This document shows positions 9,935 to 18,309 of a DNA stretch of 64,000 bases, one piece after another. Position numbers and translations under genes: made by a program. The notes under the pieces were generated by a model, which saw only the letters and a list, made by a program, of their open reading frames with translations, did not search any database and had not been told where the DNA came from. The stretch lies in the NCBI GenBank assembly GCA_007121775.1, contig SKJY01000097.1, forward strand, positions 5,138 to 69,137. Direction: 5' to 3'. Within the stretch, counting starts at the first letter, position 1; every line of letters starts with the position of its first letter. The stretch is from Gemmatimonadota bacterium. GTDB taxonomy: Bacteria > Gemmatimonadota > Gemmatimonadetes > Longimicrobiales > Gaopeijiaceae.

Positions 9935-11008
9935 TCATGCTTCCCGTTGGGCACTGTCCAGATAGGCGCTGAACACATCCCTCTGACGAGCCCAGGCGTG
10001 TGCCTCCTCGGCATGGATCACGCCCTCCATGAGCAGATCCATGAGGTGCTGGTCCAGGAGCTGATTGCCGGACTTGCGTCCGGTCTGGATCAGCGCCGGG
10101 ATCTGATGGATGCGCTCTTCCCGGATCAACTGGGCCATAGGTCCGTTCACATTCATCAGTTCGAGCCCGAGCACGCGGCCTTCGGTGGAATCCTTCCGAA
10201 GAAGCACCTGCGCCACGACCCCCCGCAGGTTATCGGCCATCATTCCCAGGATCCTGGGCCGCTCCTCCCGAGGGAAGGCGGCGACGATCCGGGACAGCGT
10301 CTTCCGCACCGATGCGGTAGGGAGGCTTCCCAGCACCAACACGCCGGCTTCACTTGCCTCCAGCGCCAACTCGAAGACCTCCGCCCCGCGGAGTTCGTGG
10401 ACCATCAGGACATCCGGGTCTTCCCGCACGGCAGAGCGGAGGCCCGCGGCGACGGATGCCACGGTGCGACCCACCTCCCTCTGCTGGATCACGGAGCGCC
10501 CGGGCGGCAGAACGAACTCCACGGGATCTTCAAGGGTGATGATGTGCCGTGGATGATTTCGCGCAATCTGTTGGAGCAAGGAAGCCATGGTGGTTGACTT
10601 TCCCGCCCCCCGAGGCCCGGTCACAAGCACCACCCCCCGTTCCAACCGAGCGAAGTCACTCACCGCCTGAGGAAGTCCCAGATCATCCGGTTCCGGAATC
10701 CCATGGGAGACGATTCTGATGGCGGCGGCAACCCCCTGGTCATGCCGGAAGATGTGGACCCGGAAGCGGGCCACACCTGGGATCTCATGGGCGAAGGTCG
10801 CCTCGAACCCGTCCGCGAACTCCTTTCTCACCGCCTCCGGCTGGATCTCCGAAAGCATCTCCCTGATGCCTTCGGCGTCGGTCACATCCCACGAAAGCTC
10901 CCGGAGATCCCCGAACCGCCTCATCATGGGTCTTCTGTGAGGAGTCAGGTGGAGATCGGAGCCTCCCTCAGCGACCACCGTTCGCAGAAGCTCATCCATT
11001 CGGTGCAT
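9935..11008 (-). CDS. PilT-family (type IV pilus retraction-like) hexameric ATPase, non-canonical His box
   Basis: MHRMDELLRTVVAEGGSDLHL...Walker A GPRGAGKST, Asp box IITLEDPVEF, Walker B EDPDVLMVHELRG, PilT C-terminal motif MAQLIREERIHQIPALIQTG. Starts are at 11008 or 10999, and either overlaps the upstream gene (stop at 10992). Confidence 0.9.
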   Translation of the reverse strand: MHRMDELLRTVVAEGGSDLHLTPHRRPMMRRFGDLRELSWDVTDAEGIREMLSEIQPEAVRKEFADGFEATFAHEIPGVARFRVHIFRHDQGVAAAIRIVSHGIPEPDDLGLPQAVSDFARLERGVVLVTGPRGAGKSTTMASLLQQIARNHPRHIITLEDPVEFVLPPGRSVIQQREVGRTVASVAAGLRSAVREDPDVLMVHELRGAEVFELALEASEAGVLVLGSLPTASVRKTLSRIVAAFPREERPRILGMMADNLRGVVAQVLLRKDSTEGRVLGLELMNVNGPMAQLIREERIHQIPALIQTGRKSGNQLLDQHLMDLLMEGVIHAEEAHAWARQRDVFSAYLDSAQREA

Positions 11009-12356
11009 CGGTGACCTCCCTGCCTGATGCAGGCGTCGAGGATGAAGGCACCCTGGAGTCCAACGGTGCCGCTCTGCGGAGGACCCATCCTGGTGCCAGG
11101 TCGCCGTCCGACGGCCTCCAATCCAAGGTCCATCCCACCCCGGAGAGCGCAGGGGGGTAGGTCCCGGGAGCCGCTCCGGTGGATCGGGCGGCCCAGACGA
11201 AAACCGCCGACGCGAGACTCCGGGCAGCGGGCCAGGCCACGGGATTACCCAGTTCGACCTCCACGGAGACCGCATCGAAGCGGAACTCCTCAAGTTCCTT
11301 GAGGCGTCGGGCAGTTGCCCCTTCCGGGCCATCCAACGGAAGCGCCAGGACACCGGGGAGAGGCGATGACTGGACTTCCCTGCGGCTGAGATGAAGGGAC
11401 CGATGGCCCTCCCCCAGAAGAAGCCCCGGCAGTCGAGGGAGAAGCTCCCGGGACATCCGCTCGGGACGGCTGCGAAGTTGAAGGGTCAATGGACCTGCCG
11501 CCAGCAGGAGCCGTAACTCCTCAATGGTCTCCCGATCCGGCTCCGGAACCTCATTCGATTCCTGGGAAGGCGACTCTCGGGGCGTGAGGAGCAGTTCGAA
11601 TCCCAGGGAGGTGGAAATCCCCCGAACCTCCACTACCCCGGACTGCCCGCCCTGCCGGATCTGTGCCAGCCAGGCGCCTTCCCCTCTAGCGGGGAGCCTT
11701 TCCCCAGGCGAGGGGGAGAGGATGCGCTCCAGCACGGCCTCCCAATCCGGCTTGAGCCGGTAACGGCGAACCTGCCCACCATCCTCGTACCAGCCGATCC
11801 CCCTCCCTTCCCGAACCGAGATACCCCAGCGCGGAGATCGTCCCATTCTGGCCAGGGAGCCCAATTCATCCAGGGATAAGGCCCGAGCCGCCATCATGCT
11901 CCCGGCCCCAGGGCGTTCCTGAACGAAGACCGTGCGGATCACCTCTCGAATCCGGTCTGGCGGCCCCAGGGCCAGATCCACCTCGAGCCCGACCCGGGCG
12001 TTCAGTTCCCTGGCGGCCTCGGTCTTCAGGGGCGAATCCACCACCAGCGTCACCCGGTCTCCGGAGCGGGCGATGGGTAGAGCGGTGTGAGCCAGCGCCC
12101 AGTCCACCGTCACCAGTCGGGCCACATCCGGATCCACAGCCGACGCTTCCGGAAAGACGTAGGGGAGGTTGTACTGCGATGCCAACCCCCACTCCACCTC
12201 CGAGGCTCGGACCAACCCCAACGCCACCAGCGCCTCTCCGAAAAGCCCCCCCTCCCGGCGCTGATGCGTCAGGGCTCGTTCGATCTCCTCCTCGGTGATC
12301 CGTCCTGCATCGAAGAGGATCCGTCCAATGTTCTTCCCGGTGCGCTCTCGTTCCAT
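10992..12356 (-). CDS. GspE/PilB-like pseudo-ATPase with N-terminal MshEN (T2SSE_N) domain
   Basis: The N-terminus carries two 24-residue MshEN-type repeats separated by 5 aa. The middle retains GspE N2-like strands (WYEDGGQVRRYRL, VVEVRGISTSLGFELLLTP). The Walker A position reads LQLRSRPERMS instead of GPTGSGKT, and no Walker B or His box is visible. Confidence 0.8.
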   Translation of the reverse strand: MERERTGKNIGRILFDAGRITEEEIERALTHQRREGGLFGEALVALGLVRASEVEWGLASQYNLPYVFPEASAVDPDVARLVTVDWALAHTALPIARSGDRVTLVVDSPLKTEAARELNARVGLEVDLALGPPDRIREVIRTVFVQERPGAGSMMAARALSLDELGSLARMGRSPRWGISVREGRGIGWYEDGGQVRRYRLKPDWEAVLERILSPSPGERLPARGEGAWLAQIRQGGQSGVVEVRGISTSLGFELLLTPRESPSQESNEVPEPDRETIEELRLLLAAGPLTLQLRSRPERMSRELLPRLPGLLLGEGHRSLHLSRREVQSSPLPGVLALPLDGPEGATARRLKELEEFRFDAVSVEVELGNPVAWPAARSLASAVFVWAARSTGAAPGTYPPALSGVGWTLDWRPSDGDLAPGWVLRRAAPLDSRVPSSSTPASGREVTDAPNG

Positions 12357-12384
12357 CTGAATGCCTCTCCCGGATCCTTTGGGT

Positions 12385-12810
12385 TCACGGGTGCCGCACC
12401 ATGATATGCCCCGTCACGGACGGGGCGTATCCATCCATGCGATACGGATAGATCCCCTCGGGAGCCCCCTCGAAGGAGAGGACCAACCGTGCCTCCGATG
12501 CTGTCAACGGGGGGGGAGCCAGTTGCCCCGTCCTCTCCAGAAAAGCCCTTGCCTCCGCAGTCAGTTCATCGGTCTCGAAGACCACCTGATGGACTCGGTG
12601 ACCCCGGATCTGGAACTGGACCAGATCGCCGGCGGTGACCTCCAGATACGCCGGGATCAGGCGGGTGACCTCTGCCGCGCCAGTGACCATGACCCGATGG
12701 ATCTGGACTTCATCGGCAATCCCCAACTCGGCACGGAGTTCCGGATCCGACGGAGGGTCGGGCCGATCGCAACCGGCGAGGAGGAAGAGCCCGACCGCGG
12801 CCATCGCCAT
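12385..12810 (-). CDS. Lipoprotein with cupredoxin-like beta-sandwich signature (no Cys ligand)
   Basis: Signal peptide plus lipobox MAMAAVGLFLLAGC. The body ...VTAGDLVQFQIRGHRVHQVVF...PEGIYPYRMDGYAPSVTGHIMV resembles plastocyanin/amicyanin-like domains but lacks the copper-binding Cys. Confidence 0.6.
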   Translation of the reverse strand: MAMAAVGLFLLAGCDRPDPPSDPELRAELGIADEVQIHRVMVTGAAEVTRLIPAYLEVTAGDLVQFQIRGHRVHQVVFETDELTAEARAFLERTGQLAPPPLTASEARLVLSFEGAPEGIYPYRMDGYAPSVTGHIMVRHP

Positions 12811-12821
12811 CCAGCCCGATC

Positions 12822-13880
12822 TCACTCCACCGCCGTTCCGCAGGCCAGACAGTAATTCCACCCCCGCTCCAAGACCTCACCACAGGATCGGCAGGGGAGG
12901 AGGAATACATTCGTGCCACAGAACGGACAGAACCGTAGATTGTCCCGATCGGGAAGTTCCGCGTCACACTCAGGACAGGCCTCCGGTGGGACCCCCAGAT
13001 TCACGCCGCGAGGAATCTCCATGACACGGTGGCGGACCACCTGTGTCTTCTTCTCCGCAGCCACCGGCTTCACCGCTGCACTCTCACGGGCCTCGCCTCC
13101 GGAAGGGGAAGACGCCTCGGGTTCGGACGGGCGGGGATCGGGGGAAGGAGAGTCGTCGGTTCGCCTTTTCTCCGCAGGAACAGGGGCCGGCTGAACTTCC
13201 GGAGAGGCGGCGGCTGATGGAAACTCAGCCTGCTGAGGCGGCGCTTGCTTTCGCCGCTCCGGGCTTCCCGTTGCCGGTCCCTCCGCCGTATCCCGGCGGG
13301 ACCGACTCTCGACCTCCGGAGCCGAGGAACCCTTCGGCGGAGCCTCATCCTTCTTCCGGGACGATCCGGTATCCGTCCCCAGGGCCTGCCCCAAGAGAGC
13401 GTCCAACCGGAGCTCCTCATCCGCCGAATCGAGGGCGCGCCCGACAAGCGCGTCCAGTTCCTCATCGCTCACCAGCGCACCCTGCTCGAACCCCCGGCGC
13501 TCCGGAGCGTCATCTGATCTGCCGGAAGACATGGTCTCAGGGATCTTGGCCGGGTTGAGACGCACGCCCACAGCAGCGTACTCACGGTAGAGTCCGGTAT
13601 TGGGGTGGGGCAGACCGGCCTCTCGCTCGAGCCGTTGACGAGCGGCGTCGGACTCCATGGTCAGGTAGTCGCCCTCCCCGGCGAGCAACCGCAGGAGGGC
13701 ATCCTCGTAATCCCCATTCATCTCCGCTCCGATCCGGTCCCGATGGGTCCGGTAGGGAACCAGCGTCTGGTAGATCTCTGCCACCGTGAAAGACGACTTG
13801 AGATACGAAGGAACCCTGCTACGGATCTCCTGCACCAGAACATGGAAGAAGCGGTCTACCAGAGACGGGTTGGTCTTCAT
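12822..13880 (-). CDS. Zinc-ribbon domain protein with a long disordered linker
   Basis: Start at MKTNPSLVDRFFHVL... (cat at 13878-13880). A conserved-looking ~110-aa N-domain is followed by a ~170-aa Pro/Glu/Ser-rich linker. The C-terminus is CPECDAEL...RFCPFCG...LPCRSCGEVLERGWNYCLACG, a double zinc ribbon. Confidence 0.75.
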   Translation of the reverse strand: MKTNPSLVDRFFHVLVQEIRSRVPSYLKSSFTVAEIYQTLVPYRTHRDRIGAEMNGDYEDALLRLLAGEGDYLTMESDAARQRLEREAGLPHPNTGLYREYAAVGVRLNPAKIPETMSSGRSDDAPERRGFEQGALVSDEELDALVGRALDSADEELRLDALLGQALGTDTGSSRKKDEAPPKGSSAPEVESRSRRDTAEGPATGSPERRKQAPPQQAEFPSAAASPEVQPAPVPAEKRRTDDSPSPDPRPSEPEASSPSGGEARESAAVKPVAAEKKTQVVRHRVMEIPRGVNLGVPPEACPECDAELPDRDNLRFCPFCGTNVFLLPCRSCGEVLERGWNYCLACGTAVE

Positions 13881-13950
13881 GGGGCACTCTTGGGAAGGAA
13901 ACGAAACGGACCGGATCACGAACGTTGAGCCGTTCAGGGCGGAGCCACCC

Positions 13951-15075
13951 TCAACGGAGGATTTCCAGGGCCAGGATGCCGGCGCTGGCCGCCCCCCTGA
14001 TGAGGGTCTCGGCATCCAATGGAGCGATCTCCACCCCGTATTCATCCCGCCAACGGCGAGCGAGGCGCCGCACGGCCCGGGGGATGGGCTCTACGGGCAA
14101 CCCCGCTGAATCCCGGAGACATCGCACTACCTCCTCCCACCCACCCCTGAAGACCCGGCCCCCTGCGGTGCGTACCTGGACCGTCCCCGCTGGATCCCTC
14201 GGCGGAGCTTCGGCGGGCGTTTCCGTATGGAAGAGTTCCAGTTGCAATTCGTCCTTCAGGGGCCAGTCACTCTCCGGAGCGAATCGCGACTCAACCTCGG
14301 CCAGCAGGCGTTCCACCGGATCGTCCTCCATGAGCTCCAACTCCCGAAGGCGCCGTCTCCACGGTCGGATGCCCAGGTCCCGGTCATCCACGCGTCTCAA
14401 GGAGCGCTTCAACTCGATGAGCCGCCAGACGCCCAGCGGGTCCCAATGTTCCGATGGAGGCACCATTTCGAACTGGTCCAGGGCGGCATCCCACTCTCCT
14501 CGATCGTAAAGGAGGTGACCAAGGTAGACGCGTACGTCGTGGAGGGACGGGTCCACTCGCAGGGCACGCCGAAGATACCGAGCAGCCCGGACCTCGTCTC
14601 CCATTCTGTGGAGACAATAGGCGGCTCCCGCCATGGCGTCCCCCACCTCGGGCCGGGCGGCGGCCAGACGGAGGAATACGTCGAGGGCATAGGCCATGAG
14701 TCCCTCACGATAGAGAGCCCGCCCCATGGTCAGCATGAGTTCCACATCGTCCTGAAAACCGAGCTGTTGTACCCTCCGGAAGAGATCCAGCGCCCCGTCC
14801 CGGTCCCCGGTACGGAGTAGCACCTCCCCCATTCCCACCATGGCGTCCTCATGGGAGGGATCCATGGACAGCGCCCGCCGAAACGCGGCGCCGGCCCATG
14901 CCACCTCCTCCCGGGCGAGTCTGGCGTATCCCATTCCCACCATTAGTTCCACAGCGTCGGGGAAACGGGAAAGACCCTCTTTCAGGGTCTCGAGAGCACC
15001 ATCGAAATCACCCTCGTTGTAGAGGGAGTGGGCCTGCTCGTCGTACTCTTCGGAACTCCAGAACTCCTCGTGCAT
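13951..15075 (-). CDS. Tetratricopeptide-repeat protein with a non-TPR C-terminal domain
   Basis: Start at MHEEFWSSEEYDEQAHSLYNEGDFDGALETLKEGL (cat at 15073-15075). Repeated A..Y..AL..DP TPR units cover ~230 aa. A ~140-aa C-terminal region follows with no recognised motif. Confidence 0.8.
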   Translation of the reverse strand: MHEEFWSSEEYDEQAHSLYNEGDFDGALETLKEGLSRFPDAVELMVGMGYARLAREEVAWAGAAFRRALSMDPSHEDAMVGMGEVLLRTGDRDGALDLFRRVQQLGFQDDVELMLTMGRALYREGLMAYALDVFLRLAAARPEVGDAMAGAAYCLHRMGDEVRAARYLRRALRVDPSLHDVRVYLGHLLYDRGEWDAALDQFEMVPPSEHWDPLGVWRLIELKRSLRRVDDRDLGIRPWRRRLRELELMEDDPVERLLAEVESRFAPESDWPLKDELQLELFHTETPAEAPPRDPAGTVQVRTAGGRVFRGGWEEVVRCLRDSAGLPVEPIPRAVRRLARRWRDEYGVEIAPLDAETLIRGAASAGILALEILR

Positions 15076-15364
15076 CCAGGGCGATGTCCGCGATGAAGAG
15101 GATGAAGAGAAGGAACCGGGAGCTGACCCGGGGAAGGCGCACCGTACCCCCGACTCCCGCCCGATTCCCGGGAATGTAGAGAGCCGGATCGTGGGGGGAA
15201 AGTGCTCCCTGCCACGAACCCTGGATGAAACCGGGCGGATAACCAAAGGGGTGGAGGTGCTACAGCACCTCCACCCCTCGGGGAGAACCGGTGAAAAAGG
15301 CCTGACCGGGCTTCCGGTTCCGCGGTTCATTGCGGAAATCGGCCCGGGGCAGGACAGGCTTGCT

Positions 15365-15661
15365 TCAGGCCACCTCCGCCTCTTCGGATGAGGCGACCCC
15401 GGCCGGCTCCTCGTCAACGGGCTGGTTCTGGGAACCAGGCCGCCCATGGGGAATGGCGGGCCGGCAGAATCGCATTCCAACGGTGTAGAGTTCCTGAAGG
15501 TCGGTATCGCTCAGATCCGGATAACGCTCGGCCAGATACTCCATGGTCTCCTCCATCCAGTGCCGCTGATCTTCCTCCGCGGCCTGCAGGACGGCGCACC
15601 GGTTGATGTGGCTGAAAAGCTCGTCCCGAGCGCGATCCTTCAACTTGCCCTTATTGCTCAT
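15365..15661 (-). CDS. Small hypothetical protein (98 aa)
   Basis: MSNKGKLKDRARDELFSHINRCAVLQAAEEDQRHWMEETMEYLAERYPDLSDTDLQELYTVGMRFC. It has protein-like composition and is the first gene of the same-strand cluster. Confidence 0.55.
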   Translation of the reverse strand: MSNKGKLKDRARDELFSHINRCAVLQAAEEDQRHWMEETMEYLAERYPDLSDTDLQELYTVGMRFCRPAIPHGRPGSQNQPVDEEPAGVASSEEAEVA

Positions 15662-16068
15662 GAAACCTCCGTCTGGCTTGGGTTCGTCACCTCACGAAGA
15701 GCCCTACTGGACGGGGAGTGGCTGGTGCCGGTGATCCGGCCACCGCCTGGGATACTCCATCCAACGTCTCCGCCGCCGACTCCCTTATGGACTCGCACAG
15801 CGAACGGCCGCGCCCGACGATGCATTCCGTTTCCGCACCCTGTGAGGTGCCGATCTGGATGCAGGTCTTCGGGCACAGGCGAGGGGGTGAGGGGTGATGA
15901 GTAACGAACCATGATAACGAAAAACGTTTGCCCTGTGCAGGGCCGGGCGTGGATCCGATTCCCTGGGGGCCATTGCCCCCGACGCCCGCTTTCCACTTCT
16001 TCGTAGGATCCGATCGGAACCAAGTCTTCCGTTTCTGACCCCTTCGACCACCCAAACCCCTTATCCCC

Positions 16069-16488
16069 ATGTATGTTCAGCTTGCCCTCGTCTGCGACGA
16101 CGCCCGCGTCCGGGAAGACGGGAAGATGGATATCCACGGCATTTTCAATGATCTCATAGCACCAGGATTTCCTGCGAAACAGGAGCGCATGATCCTGGTG
16201 ACCACCATCTGCTGGGACCGAAGCGACGAGGGTCGAAACAAGTTCAAGGTGGATCTGGTGGGCCCGGATGGGCGCCCTTCGCTAACGGTGGACGGACACA
16301 CGGATGTGGATCCTCGGCCCGCCCATCGCCCCCCGCCGCGGACCCGCCTCGTCCTGCCTCTGGAAGAGGTAGTCTTTCCCAGGCCAGGGGAGTACAGGTT
16401 CGAGATCCGTGTGAAGGGGAAGCGGCTGGCGGGCCCGTCGCTCTTCGTGATGGAGGCTGAGTCCCAGGAGGCCTCTGCCGAAGGGTGA
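16069..16488 (+). CDS. Hypothetical protein (139 aa), beta-rich
   Basis: MYVQLALVCDDARVREDGKMDIHGIFNDLIAPGFPAKQERMILVTTICW...GEYRFEIRVKGKRLAGPSLFV. Clean ATG start and good GC3. No confident family assignment. Confidence 0.6.
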   Translation: MYVQLALVCDDARVREDGKMDIHGIFNDLIAPGFPAKQERMILVTTICWDRSDEGRNKFKVDLVGPDGRPSLTVDGHTDVDPRPAHRPPPRTRLVLPLEEVVFPRPGEYRFEIRVKGKRLAGPSLFVMEAESQEASAEG

Positions 16489-16530
16489 CCACCGAGCCCC
16501 CGCACTGGGCAGGGATGAGCGATATCAGTC

Positions 16531-17268
16531 TCAACCGGCGGCGGGCCAGGTCACACGACGCAGCGGCAGAAGAGCGCGGAGCGTGCCCCATGGCCGGAAG
16601 CGGGTCTCCCGCCGCCTTCCTTCTATCCTGGGGGTGAAGGGGATCTCCTCGATTCTTCGAGCATGGGGCGCGGTCCCTGCCAGCAGTTCCAGATTGGCGC
16701 CCCACCCATCGGAGCGTACCAGCGGTGAAGCCCCCTGACCGCCCCCCCGGAACGCCTTGCGAAGCACGATGATCCGGAAGGCCCGCGGGCCCGCGAGCGG
16801 TTCGGAGACCGGCGCCTCCTTCAAGGCACGCCCCAGGATCAGTCCGGCCAGCCACCGGGACCTGCGCTGGCCTCGGGGCAGATCATCCCTGGCCACGCAG
16901 CCGGCTACGAGATCACTCCCCCCCTCGATGCGCTTCACCATCTCCAGAATGGTCTCAGGATCCTCGGTGAAGTCGCCCTGAAGAACTACCGCCACATCCC
17001 TTTTGGGGTAGCGTGTCCGCTCCACCGATTCCCGGAGAAGGCGCTCAGTCGCCCGACCATACCCGAGACGCTGGTCGGAGCGGATGATGTGGAGTGGCAA
17101 GCGCTGCCGGTAGCGCTCCAGCACCTCGGTGGTCCGATCCGTGGAGGCGTCGTCTAGGACCTGGATCCGAAAATCCCGGCCGGCCTCCAGGAACACCTTC
17201 CGGATCTTCCAGAGGAGGAGGCCGATAGTCTCGGCCTCGTTGTGGACGGGGATGTTGACGTAGATCAC
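16531..17268 (-). CDS. Family 2 glycosyltransferase (Dpm1/polyprenol-phosphate sugar transferase-like)
   Basis: MIYVNIPVHNEAETIGLLLWKI...IQVLDDASTDRTTEVL...VVLQGDFTEDPE shows the GT-A fold DxD-type motifs. Confidence 0.85.
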   Translation of the reverse strand: MIYVNIPVHNEAETIGLLLWKIRKVFLEAGRDFRIQVLDDASTDRTTEVLERYRQRLPLHIIRSDQRLGYGRATERLLRESVERTRYPKRDVAVVLQGDFTEDPETILEMVKRIEGGSDLVAGCVARDDLPRGQRRSRWLAGLILGRALKEAPVSEPLAGPRAFRIIVLRKAFRGGGQGASPLVRSDGWGANLELLAGTAPHARRIEEIPFTPRIEGRRRETRFRPWGTLRALLPLRRVTWPAAG

Positions 17269-17349
17269 GTTTGCACGGTGTGGGTTGGGCAGTTGATGTG
17301 AATGGCGGAGACGGAGGCGGACCAGCGGGCGTCCCGGAGTACGGAACCG

Positions 17350-18309
17350 TCAGGCTTCAGGAACGGAGGCATCATGGCCCGGGCCGCCTCCACGAGGCTC
17401 CCGAGCCTCCCGGGGCGGGGTTTTCCAGCGCCGGTGGACCCAGAAATACTGCTCCGGAGTCCGGCGGACCGCTACCTCCATTCGCTTCATGTACTCCCTG
17501 GTGAAAGCCTCCACAAAGGTATCCCGATCCGGCTCCGGCCGGACCTCCATGGGCTCGAACCTCACCCGATATCTACCCCGTACCCCGGGAAGTCGCTCAC
17601 AGGTAGCCAGGAAGGTGGGGCACCCCGTCCGGGCCGCAAAGAGTCCCGGGCCCCGAGCGGTACTGGCCGGCCGGCCGAAAAAATCCACGAAGACCCCTCC
17701 CGACCGGGCATCCTGATCGGCCACCATGGCCACCGCGCGTCCGCGACGCAGGGACCGAAGCACCTCCCTTGGCGCCTGTCGCCGCTCGATGACCCGCATC
17801 CCCAGCGCCTCCCGTGACCGGGTGAGCCGGCGATCCACCAAGGGATTGCGCTGCGCCTTGACCACCACATCCAGGGGAAGGCCCCGAGCCGCAGCGGCCC
17901 CACCGCCGACTTCCCAGTTCCCCAGGTGCCCTGTGAGGATCAGGACCCCCTGCCCCCCTTCGGCCGCCTCGGTCACCGCGTCGAAGCCCTCCATGACCGT
18001 TCTTGAGCGGACTTCCCCGGCAGACATTCCCAACAGGCGGAGGAGCATGACCGCCTCCCGGCCGATGTGGGGAAAGACCCGGCGAGCCACCCGGCGACGC
18101 CACTTCACGCTCCGGTCAGGAAAGGCCACAGCCAGATTCCCGTCCACGGTGGATCTGCGGATCCGCAGGATGGAACCCACAAACCACCCCAGGCCCCACC
18201 CCAACGCCAGTGCCAGGGGCTCCGGGAGGCTCCGAATGGTGAAGTGGACTGTGGCCACGAGGACGTCCTGGATCCGGTGCGCCAGGGTAGGTGAGGGGGA
18301 GGGCATCAC
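17350..18309 (-). CDS. Lipid A biosynthesis (LpxL/HtrB-family) lysophospholipid acyltransferase
   Basis: ...GVLILTGHLGNWEVGG...VADQDARSGGVFVDFFGRPASTARGPGLFAARTGCP...PEQYFWVHRRWK carries the HX4D-equivalent HLGNWE motif. The start overlaps the upstream msbA-like stop. Confidence 0.85.
   Translation of the reverse strand: MMPSPSPTLAHRIQDVLVATVHFTIRSLPEPLALALGWGLGWFVGSILRIRRSTVDGNLAVAFPDRSVKWRRRVARRVFPHIGREAVMLLRLLGMSAGEVRSRTVMEGFDAVTEAAEGGQGVLILTGHLGNWEVGGGAAAARGLPLDVVVKAQRNPLVDRRLTRSREALGMRVIERRQAPREVLRSLRRGRAVAMVADQDARSGGVFVDFFGRPASTARGPGLFAARTGCPTFLATCERLPGVRGRYRVRFEPMEVRPEPDRDTFVEAFTREYMKRMEVAVRRTPEQYFWVHRRWKTPPREAREPRGGGPGHDASVPEA

Noticed and set aside
16057-16069. The 13-mer ccccttatcccca recurs at 16057-16069 (abutting a start codon) and 59807-59819 (upstream of the USP gene). 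It contains a one-mismatch DnaA-box-like TTATCCCCA.
   Set aside because: Roughly tens of identical 13-mer pairs are expected by chance in 64 kb. The two copies sit at different distances from their start codons, and there is no supporting context.
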